A stretch of 63,982 bases of DNA, filler included, from an uncultured bacterium (lineage in GTDB: Bacteria; CAZDME01; JAYEMH01): NCBI GenBank assembly GCA_964506785.1. It is 7 parts of 7 records of this genome, joined end to end, with 100 filler letters (N's around TTAATTAATTAA, not from the genome) between each part and the next. Parts side by side here need not be neighbours in the genome. Positions count along the whole stretch, not along the records: positions 30,890 to 40,149 come from CAZDME010000050.1; positions 40,250 to 49,498 come from CAZDME010000051.1; 5 more parts are not named here. One strand, 5' to 3'. Made by a program: the position numbers and the translations under genes. Positions within the stretch are counted from its first letter, which is position 1. Every line of letters starts with the position of its first letter. The notes beneath the pieces were generated by a model, which was not told the DNA's origin, searched no databases, and was given only the letters and a program-made list of their open reading frames with translations. Below, in pieces: positions 31,255 through 41,267 of the stretch.

Positions 31255-33261
31255 CTAAAGCACCCGGAGGGGATCAACGTCAACGGAAATATTGATATCA
31301 CTGCCCGGAGAAAATCTTTTGAAACCCGCAGTAAGAAAGCTCTGCAATTTCTTGACCTCCCGAGCTTTCAGGATAATCAATCGACGAGACTTCCCTTTCA
31401 TTTTGGCATAGGCCGGGCTAACCGGACCCAAAATTTCCAGGCCTTTTTGGTCTTTTACTCCTCTCAGTTTGGAAAAAAGGCGCTGGGAGGCTTTTTTAAC
31501 CGCGGCTTCATCCTTGCCTCTTAAAATTATATTGGCGAAATGGCTGAAAGGGGGATAATTAAGTTCACGGCGGAACTTTATCTCCTCTTGATAAAAGCTT
31601 CGAAAATCATCTTTCTTTACTGCCCGGAGGCTGGAATGGTCAGGATGTAAAGTCTGAATAATCATTTTGGTTCTGTTTCTCCCTTTTGCAAGCTGATTGG
31701 CAAGCTGGCTTAAAAGTTGGAAGGTCCGCTCTCCGGAACGAAAATCAGGCAGATTAAGAATAACATCCGCTGATATAATACCCACCAGAGTAACCTTAGG
31801 GAAATCCCAGATTTTCGTCAGGACCTGAGTGCCGATTAAAAAATCGCCATCTCCGTCTCTAAAACTTTTTAAAAGATTTTGATAATCCTTTTTCCGGTGG
31901 AGCGTTTCACTATCTATTTTTATTACCCGGCTTCCGCGAAAAATTTTATTAACTGCCTCTTCTACCTTCTCTATGCCTAAGCCAAAATAACGAATATATG
32001 AACTGAAACAGCGGGGGCAAACCGAAGGAACTAACTGCCGATGGCCGCAATAATGGCAGCGGGCCATTTTATCGGCCTGATGAAAAACCAAAGGAAGATT
32101 GCAATTGGGGCAACGAATGACAAATCCGCACTGCCGGCAGGAAAGAGAAGTAGCAAATCCACGGCGGTTAAAAAAAAGAATAACCTGTTCCTTGTTTCTA
32201 AGCTTTTCCCGGATAGCCTCTTCCAAAAGTGGAGAAAGGATTCTCCGCGAAAATTTTTCCTGAGAAACATCAACAATCTCAACTTCCGGAAAGAAATTTC
32301 TATCAACCCTTTCTGAAAAAACAGCCATTTTTATTTTCTTTCGTTCGGCTCGATAAAAAGTTTCTAACGAGGGCGTAGCCGAAGTTAAAATAACCAGGGC
32401 TTTATTCAAACGGGCACGCTCGACAGCTACCTCCCGGGCATGATACCGGGGAACACCCTCCTCTTTGTACGAACTGTCATGTTCATCGGTAAGAACAATC
32501 AGGCCTAAATTTTTAAAAGGAGCAAAAATGGCGGCACGAGTGCCAACGACAATTTTTACTCCCCCTTTTTTTATCCTCTGCCATTCGGCATAATGCTTTC
32601 GGCGAGAGAGACGGCTATGTAAAATACCCACCTCCCGGCCATATTGCCGGCTAAGTCTTTTAATGACGGGTTCGGCTTTGGAAATCTCCGGGACCAAAAT
32701 AATGGCTTGTTTACCCATTTGCAGGCAAAAATCAATCCCCTGAAGATAAACCTCGGCCTTTCCGCTTCCCTCCTTTCCAAAAAGCAATATTACATCCGAA
32801 GCACCTTTCTCTAAGTAATTTGTAATTAACCTTAAAGCCTGAGATTGTTCTTTAGTGGGAATAAATTTACTTTTTGCCGCTTTAATCAGAGAAGAAAAAA
32901 CCTTTTTTTCTTTCCCTTTAGGCTTTCCCTGTTTTACGGCCGCCGGTACGGCTTCAAATAAAGCTTTTCCCCAGGGGCAAAAATAATAACCGCTTAGCCA
33001 GCGGGTTAAACGCAACATCTCTTGGTTGACTAAAGGTTCATCATCTAAAACCTCAAGCACCGTTTTGATTTTCTTTTGGGGAATAACGGTTTTTTCATCA
33101 ACCCCAACGATAAAACCAGGAAGTATTTTTTTTCCAAAAGGAGCAGTTACCCTTTTCCCGACAGCCGCCTTGCCTTTCAACCCTTCAGGAATGAGATAAT
33201 GAAATTGGCGCTCAAAAGGAAGGTCAAAGATAACCCGGGCATATTTTGGAGTTTTAGGCAT
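31255..33261 (-). CDS. priA: Primosomal protein N' (PriA) with degenerate helicase motifs
   Basis: 3'BD N-terminus, GTRAAIFAP, YHAREVA, SATPS, NRRGF, four CxxC pairs, PDFRSGE, YPPF, DVDP; Walker A/B and motif VI altered. Confidence 0.92.
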   Translation of the reverse strand: MPKTPKYARVIFDLPFERQFHYLIPEGLKGKAAVGKRVTAPFGKKILPGFIVGVDEKTVIPQKKIKTVLEVLDDEPLVNQEMLRLTRWLSGYYFCPWGKALFEAVPAAVKQGKPKGKEKKVFSSLIKAAKSKFIPTKEQSQALRLITNYLEKGASDVILLFGKEGSGKAEVYLQGIDFCLQMGKQAIILVPEISKAEPVIKRLSRQYGREVGILHSRLSRRKHYAEWQRIKKGGVKIVVGTRAAIFAPFKNLGLIVLTDEHDSSYKEEGVPRYHAREVAVERARLNKALVILTSATPSLETFYRAERKKIKMAVFSERVDRNFFPEVEIVDVSQEKFSRRILSPLLEEAIREKLRNKEQVILFFNRRGFATSLSCRQCGFVIRCPNCNLPLVFHQADKMARCHYCGHRQLVPSVCPRCFSSYIRYFGLGIEKVEEAVNKIFRGSRVIKIDSETLHRKKDYQNLLKSFRDGDGDFLIGTQVLTKIWDFPKVTLVGIISADVILNLPDFRSGERTFQLLSQLANQLAKGRNRTKMIIQTLHPDHSSLRAVKKDDFRSFYQEEIKFRRELNYPPFSHFANIILRGKDEAAVKKASQRLFSKLRGVKDQKGLEILGPVSPAYAKMKGKSRRLIILKAREVKKLQSFLTAGFKRFSPGSDINISVDVDPLRVL

Positions 33262-33320
33262 GGGGAATATTTATGCGAATTCTTTGCGACTTGGCTAATT
33301 TCTCTTTTAAAAAAATAAAA

Positions 33321-34058
33321 TTAACTCTTAACTTTTCCATACTCCGCTTTAAGTTTTTTCATATCTTCCCAGACCAGGCGTTTATCCTGCGGGTTACGAA
33401 GGAGATAAGCGGGATGATAGGTTACCAGAAGCTTCATTCCCTTGAGCTCAAACCAGTTGCCGCGTAATTTTCCGATTCTTTCTTCTGAAGTAAGGAGAGT
33501 CTGGGCGGCAAATCTACCTAAGGCACAGATTAATTTTGGGCGGATGACATCCAGCTGTTCCCAGAGAATCTGCTGACAAGTAGAAACTTCCTCGGGACTG
33601 GGGTCGCGGTTATTCGGCGGACGGCACTTTAGGATATTGGTAATATAAATCTCACTTCTACTTAAGCCAATGGCGGCAAGAATGTTATCAAGGAGCCTGC
33701 CGGCCCGCCCGACAAAGGGAAAGCCCTTTAAATCTTCCTCCCGGCCCGGGGCTTCACCGACAAAAACTAAATTTGTGTGATGATTGCCGCCGCCGAAAAC
33801 CAGATGTGTCCGGGTCCTGGCTAAACTGCACCGTTGGCAGTCAGCATATTTATCCCTTAGTTTTGTAAACATTTCTTCTTTGGAAAAACTCTTTTCCCCG
33901 CTATGGTCAACTTTTTCCTTAACCTGCCGGTTTGATAAAAAGGGGCGGGATTTGCCTATCCCTAAAAATCCCTCCCGGGAAATATATTCCCGGGTTAATT
34001 TAATTAAATCTTTTAATTCTTCTTTTGAATTCTGCCGGCACATAGCTTGCTTTTTCAC
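33321..34058 (-). CDS. udg: Uracil-DNA glycosylase family 4
   Basis: CQRC, VGEAPG, PFVGRAG, KCRPP.NR, TYHPAYLLR. Confidence 0.93.
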   Translation of the reverse strand: MKKQAMCRQNSKEELKDLIKLTREYISREGFLGIGKSRPFLSNRQVKEKVDHSGEKSFSKEEMFTKLRDKYADCQRCSLARTRTHLVFGGGNHHTNLVFVGEAPGREEDLKGFPFVGRAGRLLDNILAAIGLSRSEIYITNILKCRPPNNRDPSPEEVSTCQQILWEQLDVIRPKLICALGRFAAQTLLTSEERIGKLRGNWFELKGMKLLVTYHPAYLLRNPQDKRLVWEDMKKLKAEYGKVKS

Positions 34059-35710
34059 GAGTTTTCTTTTTGTGAAGGGAAAAGTGAAAGATCGGTATGT
34101 GGCAGGAATAAAGCCGCGGTATATTCATCCATAAATAAAGATGATGAAGCTAAATCCAAATAAGTAATTTTAGCGGAAAGCCGGTTTGCATCCTCCCGGG
34201 AGTTTTCAAAAAGCAGGCAAAGCTGGGCCCCGGCTAATGAGCCGTTACCGACAAACTTGAATTTATCTAAAGAAAGACCCGGAAATAAACCGATGGCAAC
34301 GCCGTGATTTATATCCAGGTAATTGCCGAAAGCTCCAGCGATATAAATTTGGGTAATTTTATCGAAGGAAAGACTTAAATTACTTAAAAGGAATTTTTGC
34401 CCGGCAAAGACGGCGGCTTTTGTCCGGACTAAATTATCGATATCCACTTCGTTTATGGTAATATCCTCTCCAGTGGCGGTATCTTTTCCCCAGACCAAAA
34501 CATATTCCTTCCCCTTTTTCCCGATTCTCAGACGTTCATTATTTAAATCCAGATCGATTTTCCCAATACGGTCAATAATGTGACAACGAAACATCTCCGC
34601 TAATAAATCAATCATCCCCGAACCGCAGATACCGGTCGCTTTCTCGTCATTAATTACCTGAAAACTTGGCTTAAGGTTTTTTGATTCGATTTTTACCTTT
34701 TCAATGGCTCCGGGGACGGCCGGTTGGCCGCACCCGACACCGCCGCCCTCAAAGGCCGGCCCAGCCGAACATGAAGCCGATACCAGCCAATCTTTATTTC
34801 CCAAGGCCACTTCTCCGTTTGTACCAATATCGATATAGAGAGAAACTTCATTCGATTTATTCATCCCGACGCTTAAGATACCGGCGGTGATATCCCCTCC
34901 GACAAAACTTCCCACCCCGGGAATCAGATAGACTGCTGCTTCGGGAAAAACATTTAAGCCTAAATCTTTAGCCGTAAAAGGAGAATCGAATTGGGCCCGT
35001 ATAAAAGGATCTTCTCTAATCGGCTGAGGATTCTTCCCCAGCAAAAGATAAATCATCGTCGTATTGCCGGCACAGGAAATACAACCGATATCGCCGGATT
35101 CAATTTTGTGCACGGAAAATATCTGTTCCACTAATTCATTGATGGTGCCAATAATTAAATTTTTTAACTCATTTTGTCTTTTCTGATTTTTGGCGTAAAC
35201 AATCCGGGAGATAACGTCACTGCCACAATAGTTTTGGGCATTAAAACTGGTATGTGTAGATAAGCTTTTCCCATCTTCTAAACGGATTAAGTTAGCAACT
35301 ACGGTGGTGGTGCCAATATCAAGGGCTAACCCGTAAGGTTTTTCTTTCGATAAAGGAGTTAATTGCCAGATTTTCTCTTGGTCTTTTCCCGCCTTAGGCA
35401 GTTCTTTTTGCGGCCGAACTTCTCCGAGTAAGGATTCTTTGGGAATAAAAATCCTTAAGTTTCCCTCCACCTTGGTCATACAGGCAAGACATATCCCTTT
35501 AGAAATCTCCTGGCTGGTTAAATGGGCATAAGGCTGGACTAAAGCCTGGCCATCTTCAATCTTCACCCGGCAGCGGCCGCATTGTCCGGTACCGCCGCAT
35601 GGGGCATTTAATTTAATCTTCGCCTGAACGGCCGCTTCCAGAATGGTTGTCCCTCGAGGAACTACAACTGACTTTTGCGGAGGATAAAAAGTTATTTTAC
35701 AGGATTCCAT
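34055..35710 (-). CDS. acsV: Corrinoid reductive activator (RACo/AcsV; 2Fe-2S plus ASKHA ATPase)
   Basis: CGGTGQCGRC...C ferredoxin, DIGTTT, DIGTNGE, SAGPAFEG, GICGSG; follows acsC. Confidence 0.9.
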   Translation of the reverse strand: MESCKITFYPPQKSVVVPRGTTILEAAVQAKIKLNAPCGGTGQCGRCRVKIEDGQALVQPYAHLTSQEISKGICLACMTKVEGNLRIFIPKESLLGEVRPQKELPKAGKDQEKIWQLTPLSKEKPYGLALDIGTTTVVANLIRLEDGKSLSTHTSFNAQNYCGSDVISRIVYAKNQKRQNELKNLIIGTINELVEQIFSVHKIESGDIGCISCAGNTTMIYLLLGKNPQPIREDPFIRAQFDSPFTAKDLGLNVFPEAAVYLIPGVGSFVGGDITAGILSVGMNKSNEVSLYIDIGTNGEVALGNKDWLVSASCSAGPAFEGGGVGCGQPAVPGAIEKVKIESKNLKPSFQVINDEKATGICGSGMIDLLAEMFRCHIIDRIGKIDLDLNNERLRIGKKGKEYVLVWGKDTATGEDITINEVDIDNLVRTKAAVFAGQKFLLSNLSLSFDKITQIYIAGAFGNYLDINHGVAIGLFPGLSLDKFKFVGNGSLAGAQLCLLFENSREDANRLSAKITYLDLASSSLFMDEYTAALFLPHTDLSLFPSQKENS

Positions 35711-37038
35711 ATTTTTTTGAAATAAGCGGGAATATCGGCGGCTTCATTGGGCCCGACCATAATTTCCCAATCAGGAAGTTCTTCCTCTAAATCCCCGCTT
35801 AAAACTGCAACGTATCCGGGGATAATAATTTTTTTGTGGCCGAGTTTTTCTTCCGGTTTGTATTTTTTTACGGCGGCTGCGATTTGGGCCGGGGTAAATT
35901 TTCCGGCGGCCCAGGCGGTTAAAACCGACATCCCTTCGGCTTCGACTATCAGCATATGAGCAGGCATTCCCCCGGCTTCGATTTCACCGGAGACAGTAAA
36001 ATAGGTCAGAGAAAAATTAGTGGTAACAATCAAAGGAGAACCTGTTTTAGGTTCCCCAATTCCATAAAGGCCGGGTTCAACCTGAAGAGGTTTTTGCGGG
36101 TCGGTATAAATATTCTGGCGGACAACCAGAAGTGAAAGAAACTGCCAATATTTCAAATCGGGCAAAACTAAAATAGAAGCATATTTAAGAATCCCTAAAC
36201 TGGCTTTTATCCCGGCTTTAAACGAATCCTGGTCATTTATGAATAATATAGCGGGAAAACCCAAGGGACGAAAATTCTCTTTTATGGCCAGGCGGCGAAT
36301 CTGGGTTAAATCGGCCAGATTGGATTTAAGTGAGCCTTCCGGAACCTCCAAAACTAAATTATCAATCCCCATCTCTTTAAATCTCTTCGACCGCTCGGCC
36401 AAATCTGATAGAGATTTACCCGAGATAACCAAGGGAGAGGCAAATTTTTTAGAAAGTTCGGCCAAAACGGCGAAATCTTTATTGTCCCGGCTGTAAATCA
36501 GGGTATTCTGCGGTGAAACCTCCAGGGCCGCCTCCAGAATCTCCGTTTCTTTAACTATCAGGAGCAAGGGTTTTGAGGATATTTTCCTTATCTCTTTGAC
36601 AGTTTCAACAAATCTTTCTTTCTTGCCTCTTTTCGAACTGAGGGCAATCATTTCTATGCGTAACTCTTCCCCGACCCGCTCGAATTTATATGTTTCAATT
36701 TTATTAACGAGTTTCTTTATTTCCTGCATGTCCAAATCATCGCCGATTTCAACGGCTATCAGAGTCGGATTAAAAAAAGTCTTTTCGTGGCGGAAAAGGA
36801 CCGTTTCGTGCCCGATTGAACGCGCCTCCCGGCCGGAACCAAGGGTGACAAGCTTAATCGGCGGAGTGGTCGCCTCCAATAAAGAAGCTTTGGCTTGAGG
36901 AGAGATATCCGGACAATCCTCAATGGAGGCTTTCTTGGTCGTCAGTTTCATGGCAAAGGCCAAACAGGTCGGACAACCGCATTTACCGCAATTGGTCTTG
37001 GGCAATAATTTGTAAATATCTAAGGCGTTTAATCCCAT
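35692..37038 (-). CDS. acsC: Corrinoid iron-sulfur protein large (gamma) subunit
   Basis: LPKTNCGKCGCPTCLAFA, YTDPQKP, TTNFSLTYF, SVLTAWAAGKF. Confidence 0.96.
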   Translation of the reverse strand: MGLNALDIYKLLPKTNCGKCGCPTCLAFAMKLTTKKASIEDCPDISPQAKASLLEATTPPIKLVTLGSGREARSIGHETVLFRHEKTFFNPTLIAVEIGDDLDMQEIKKLVNKIETYKFERVGEELRIEMIALSSKRGKKERFVETVKEIRKISSKPLLLIVKETEILEAALEVSPQNTLIYSRDNKDFAVLAELSKKFASPLVISGKSLSDLAERSKRFKEMGIDNLVLEVPEGSLKSNLADLTQIRRLAIKENFRPLGFPAILFINDQDSFKAGIKASLGILKYASILVLPDLKYWQFLSLLVVRQNIYTDPQKPLQVEPGLYGIGEPKTGSPLIVTTNFSLTYFTVSGEIEAGGMPAHMLIVEAEGMSVLTAWAAGKFTPAQIAAAVKKYKPEEKLGHKKIIIPGYVAVLSGDLEEELPDWEIMVGPNEAADIPAYFKKIWNPVK

Positions 37039-38015
37039 GAAAATTTCCCTTCCATTAAATCTTTTATGGCCTCTTTAAGCAGACGAACCGATTGGGGATG
37101 CCGAACAACTAAAATATCGGCTCCGGCTTGAAACAGGGAAAAAGCGTTAATTACTTCCCAGAGGATGCCTCTTTTTTCCTCATCTCCCCAGAGGGACATT
37201 TCTTTTTCTTTGAGCTTTACTTCTTTTACCTTCCAAGCTTCAGTGCCAACATCACAATAGAAAGGCATGGCTAACATCTCATCCCCCATCAATCCACCCA
37301 GCCTGATGCGTTCCATAACCGAATAGGTATATTCCAAACCATAACCCAAACCGCCCGCCAAAGGGTCAATAACGATTCTATCCAAAGGAAGATGCAATTC
37401 ACTGATAAGAATATTTAACTGCTTGGCAATATTGACATCAATGGGCGATTGAGCAATAATATTATGCCCGTTAGCCAAACAATTAGCGACGAGGCTGCGG
37501 TAATTATCTTCTTTAGCCGTGGATAACAGGCATTTTTCTCCCCGAGCCGCCTCACCGCATTTAATAAGAACCTCATTTTCCTTTTCATAAGGACCCGGAC
37601 CGACAATTATTAAAGGGAGCTTGACGGTTTCAATCATTTCTTTAACCAATGAAGCCGCCTCCTCAGCCGTCTTATTTTCTTTCTCCGGATGGGTCCCCAT
37701 AAGTTTTAGACAAATTAAATCAGCGCCAAAATTTTCAACGGCCCGTTTACCCCAGTCAACGGAATCAGCATAGGTTTTCCCATAAGCCTTGTTTAAGGCA
37801 TCCGGCCAATCTTTAGGCGGGGTGTCCCAGACTTCTAAAGCTACCAAAGGATAATTCGGAATTTTTCCTTCAAAATGCAAAAACGGCAGGGTTTCTTCAC
37901 CGCCAATTTTAAAAATCCGGGAGGAATGCCCTCCCTCGTTCTGCCCTGTTCCAAGGATTACCTCAGTCATTTTTTTTAGCCATTTTTCTTTGTGAAGCTC
38001 TATTTTTTCAGCCAT
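37029..38015 (-). CDS. acsD: Corrinoid iron-sulfur protein small (delta) subunit
   Basis: GGEETLPF, SPIDVNIAKQLN, LGYGLEYTYSVMERIR. Confidence 0.96.
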   Translation of the reverse strand: MAEKIELHKEKWLKKMTEVILGTGQNEGGHSSRIFKIGGEETLPFLHFEGKIPNYPLVALEVWDTPPKDWPDALNKAYGKTYADSVDWGKRAVENFGADLICLKLMGTHPEKENKTAEEAASLVKEMIETVKLPLIIVGPGPYEKENEVLIKCGEAARGEKCLLSTAKEDNYRSLVANCLANGHNIIAQSPIDVNIAKQLNILISELHLPLDRIVIDPLAGGLGYGLEYTYSVMERIRLGGLMGDEMLAMPFYCDVGTEAWKVKEVKLKEKEMSLWGDEEKRGILWEVINAFSLFQAGADILVVRHPQSVRLLKEAIKDLMEGKFSWD

Positions 38016-38076
38016 GTTATTCTTTCCCTATACAAAACTGAATTTTGAAAATCGCCGGCGGCCCAGAGAAAATAAT

Positions 38077-40149
38077 TTAGAGCAGCGGCGGTAATTTAAA
38101 TGCCGGGTGTCCCTTCTTTTTTAAAAAAGGGATGATCTTTTCAACCGTTACTCCAACGGTTTCGTCGGCAATCATTTCGAAAAAATCCGGCTGACCAACC
38201 GCCTCAGCCCGTTTAATCAAAGACTCCTTTAAAAACTCCTTTAACTGCTTAGGAAGCCAGACCACCCTGAGCAGGCCGCCTTCATTAGACATAAATTTCG
38301 GGCTGGTGACATATTTCCGGCCAATACCCATAAAACCGGGCGTCTGTTGTCCGCCGCCGACAGAGCCGGCTAAAGTAGAAAAAGGCATGCCGCAGGGAGT
38401 CATTCCGCTATGCTCCCGATCAACTACCATGACACCATTGGTCTCCGGAAGAACGGCAACAACCGCTTCAAAACAGCCGCAGCTGGTTAAAGGGTTCTCC
38501 ATTAGAGAATAAAGATTCAACTTCTCCACTCTGCCGTGAGATTTTTCCTTAACGTATCGATTTACCTCTTCCCACTGGCCGGCCTTTTCATCAATTGTTT
38601 TGCCCTTTTTTACCGGCTCATTCCCACCGACTGGATTTATCTCATAGGAGGCTTTCCCATCTAACCAGGAAAAAGCGCCGCAAAGCCCAGGACGTTCCGG
38701 AGTGATAATACAGACATGATCCGGAGCAAAACTCTGGCAGAGAAGACAAGAGTAAAATACATCAACGTCTTCATCCTTCATCCCAGCCAGGCGTTCATCT
38801 CTTTCCTGATAAATAAGGCGGGCCCGGGAAATCAGCTCATCTATTTCTTCCTTATCCCCCAATATGGTTATCTGGACTTTATCGACGATAGCATCGTACT
38901 CGCCATGAATCCGGCAAAGCAAAATTTCAGCCAGGTCTTTAATCTTAAAAGAGGCCTCTTTTGCTTTTTTACTAATCCGCATCCAGATAGTATCACGGGA
39001 ACTGATATGCCAAATACCCAAAGCTTCGTTATAAAAAGTGTGAAGCTGTCTTTCAATAATCGGTTCGAAATCTTTCTGCATTTTCCTACCGGCCACCTCC
39101 ACTAATATACCCAGAGGATAGGCTTTCCCCTCGACCAACTCGTCAATTTCTTTTGTTTTCATTATAATTTTCCCATCTTCGATTTCATCCATCTCTTTTT
39201 TTATCAAAAGCTCAACTGCCCTAGAGCGCCCCCCGCCAAATTCTACAGACATCTCTTCCTTACGGATTCTTTCCCCGGCAAAGGCGCCGCTATAGGCCAC
39301 AGGAATAGGAACCTTGGTAATTTTTACCTTTATCCCCCGGGCTTCTAACGCCCGGGGGACTAAACGCGTGATATCTTTTTCAACAATAATATCGTCTCCA
39401 TATAAGGTGAAACCTTGACCTTTTACTTCAGGAATATCTCCTTCGGAAATTATCGGCGTCCCAAAATTTAATCCTCCCAAAACAAAAGCCGAATCTTCAG
39501 CATTTAGCTTGCCTAAAGACAAGATAAAAGCGGGGATTTTTTCCCGGCAATATGAAAAAATCTTATCAAAAGTGCCGCCTTTTTGCCCGCCAAAGGTCAA
39601 AGCCACCCGCACCATTAAATTGAAAAAGTAAACCGGGGTATAAATCTTATTACTTAAAGGGATAAGATGGGTGTCCAGCCCCATCTTGACATCGGCTTTC
39701 TCCAGTTGTTTTGTAAATCCGCCGGATTCTTTCCCGGCTAAAAAGGTCAAAATATTCCTTTCCTGTAAACTTCTAGCAATGGTCGAAGCGGCGGCATCAT
39801 CCCGAGCTTGCCCGATAATCAAAGCCAAACCAGAAATACTTCCGTCAACTAACTGAACACCTAAAGCCCTGAAGGTAGAATCCGGAATAAAACCGACCCA
39901 ATTGGGCAGGGGTTCTTTTTTCTTTTCATAATCCAGAGCCGACAGAATTTCAGCGGCAGCCAAAGCCGCTAACCCCGCCTTGAGCCCCTTTTTTAGGGTT
40001 AAGGGAGAAGACTCGGCTTCAGTCCATAATTTATTTATCTCATGCATAGCCCGGGATAAATCTTTATTCCTTTTTATTTCCACCCCCCAAAGAGCAAAAA
40101 TTAAAGGTAGAAAATAGGCGGTGTCGGGGAATTGAATCAGACCTTCTGA
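38077..40149 (-). CDS. acsB: Acetyl-CoA synthase (bacterial type), 5'-truncated
   Basis: A-cluster ligands YSCLLCQSFAPDHVC...GLCG and TSCGCFE; frame open to the gap and includes FPDTAYFLP. Confidence 0.96.
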   Translation of the reverse strand, partial: SEGLIQFPDTAYFLPLIFALWGVEIKRNKDLSRAMHEINKLWTEAESSPLTLKKGLKAGLAALAAAEILSALDYEKKKEPLPNWVGFIPDSTFRALGVQLVDGSISGLALIIGQARDDAAASTIARSLQERNILTFLAGKESGGFTKQLEKADVKMGLDTHLIPLSNKIYTPVYFFNLMVRVALTFGGQKGGTFDKIFSYCREKIPAFILSLGKLNAEDSAFVLGGLNFGTPIISEGDIPEVKGQGFTLYGDDIIVEKDITRLVPRALEARGIKVKITKVPIPVAYSGAFAGERIRKEEMSVEFGGGRSRAVELLIKKEMDEIEDGKIIMKTKEIDELVEGKAYPLGILVEVAGRKMQKDFEPIIERQLHTFYNEALGIWHISSRDTIWMRISKKAKEASFKIKDLAEILLCRIHGEYDAIVDKVQITILGDKEEIDELISRARLIYQERDERLAGMKDEDVDVFYSCLLCQSFAPDHVCIITPERPGLCGAFSWLDGKASYEINPVGGNEPVKKGKTIDEKAGQWEEVNRYVKEKSHGRVEKLNLYSLMENPLTSCGCFEAVVAVLPETNGVMVVDREHSGMTPCGMPFSTLAGSVGGGQQTPGFMGIGRKYVTSPKFMSNEGGLLRVVWLPKQLKEFLKESLIKRAEAVGQPDFFEMIADETVGVTVEKIIPFLKKKGHPAFKLPPLL

Positions 40150-40249
40150 NNNNNNNNNNNNNNNNNNNNNNNNNNNNNNNNNNNNNNNNNNNNTTAATTA
40201 ATTAANNNNNNNNNNNNNNNNNNNNNNNNNNNNNNNNNNNNNNNNNNNN
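40150..40249. other. Artificial contig linker
   Basis: N-TTAATTAATTAA-N. Confidence 0.98.
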
Positions 40250-40250
40250 A

Positions 40251-40736
40251 CATCCAAGGAGGGAAGAAAATTATTATCAATTCCATATAAGTAAAATTAT
40301 GAATCTGCCTCGTCCGATTCCTAGTGTAAGGAAGAGAAAAATTGTCCATATCCCAACAACCCTCCATAAATTATTTACTGCTCAGGAAATAAACGATTTA
40401 TACCATACCAGCCCTTTGGAAGAGAAAATGTACAAGGCTTTAAAAAGAAGAAAAATTAGTGCTGAAAGACAACTGTATGTCCATTTGAATGAGCAAGTTT
40501 ATTACTTGGATTTTTGTATATTCTGTCAAAAGGCAAATATCGATTTAGAATGTGACGGCGAGAGATATCACATTTTGCCTCAAGCTTTTACTAAGGACCG
40601 CATTCGTAATAATCAACTGAATAGTTTTGGCTGGCATGTTTTAAGATTTTCTAGTACCGAGATTAATAGAAATATAAAAAATTGTTTAGCCACAGTTGGG
40701 CGAACTATACATACTTTGAGTGGGTTGAAAGCATAA
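40251..40736 (+). CDS. DUF559/Vsr-like endonuclease domain protein, 5'-truncated
   Basis: SPLE..., YYLDF, ECDGERYH, DRIRNNQL...GWHVLRF; frame open back to the contig start. Confidence 0.85.
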   Translation, partial: HPRREENYYQFHISKIMNLPRPIPSVRKRKIVHIPTTLHKLFTAQEINDLYHTSPLEEKMYKALKRRKISAERQLYVHLNEQVYYLDFCIFCQKANIDLECDGERYHILPQAFTKDRIRNNQLNSFGWHVLRFSSTEINRNIKNCLATVGRTIHTLSGLKA

Positions 40737-40802
40737 AGGGGCGATTAAAAACGGCACATTTTGGTTAACGATAAACTTCGCGAAAGACTTACTGCAATAT
40801 TC

Positions 40803-41069
40803 ATGCCTTGGTATGTTTATATAATCCAGTGCCGCGATAAAACCTTATACACCGGAATAACCAAAGATTTAAAGCGCCGGATTGAAGCTCACAACAAAGG
40901 TAAAGCTTCTCGATATACTAAATATCGTCACCCGGTAAGACTGCTTCATTCTGAAAGATATTTTACTAGGTCCGAAGCGCTTAAAAGAGAGGTCTGCATT
41001 AAGGGTTTTACTCGGGTAAAAAAATTATCCCTTATTTCACTAAAAAGGCCTTTTACCTCGCAAGGATAA
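40803..41069 (+). CDS. GIY-YIG nuclease family protein (UPF0213/YhbQ-like)
   Basis: WYVYIIQC.D.TLYTGIT.DL.RR...HN.GK.SRYT...ALKRE. Confidence 0.9.
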   Translation: MPWYVYIIQCRDKTLYTGITKDLKRRIEAHNKGKASRYTKYRHPVRLLHSERYFTRSEALKREVCIKGFTRVKKLSLISLKRPFTSQG

Positions 41070-41267
41070 ATTTTGAAGGATGAATACGAGAGATAATAAG
41101 GCAGAAATATCGCTTATTTTTGAAGTCGAGCGAATCCTTGGCTTACAGAAACCTTCTTTTTTGCCGGAGAAGCTTCGGCGGCCGCAAACACCAAAAAGGA
41201 TTATACCCAGGGAGAGATTTCCGAATAGATAAAAAGGCTTTTCAAAACTTGGCTTTACACTTTTGCG

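Noticed and set aside
41080-41232. 50-aa ORF MNTRDNKAEIS... between GIY-YIG and DUF5674
   Set aside because: No recognisable motif and a poorly placed RBS; cannot be supported
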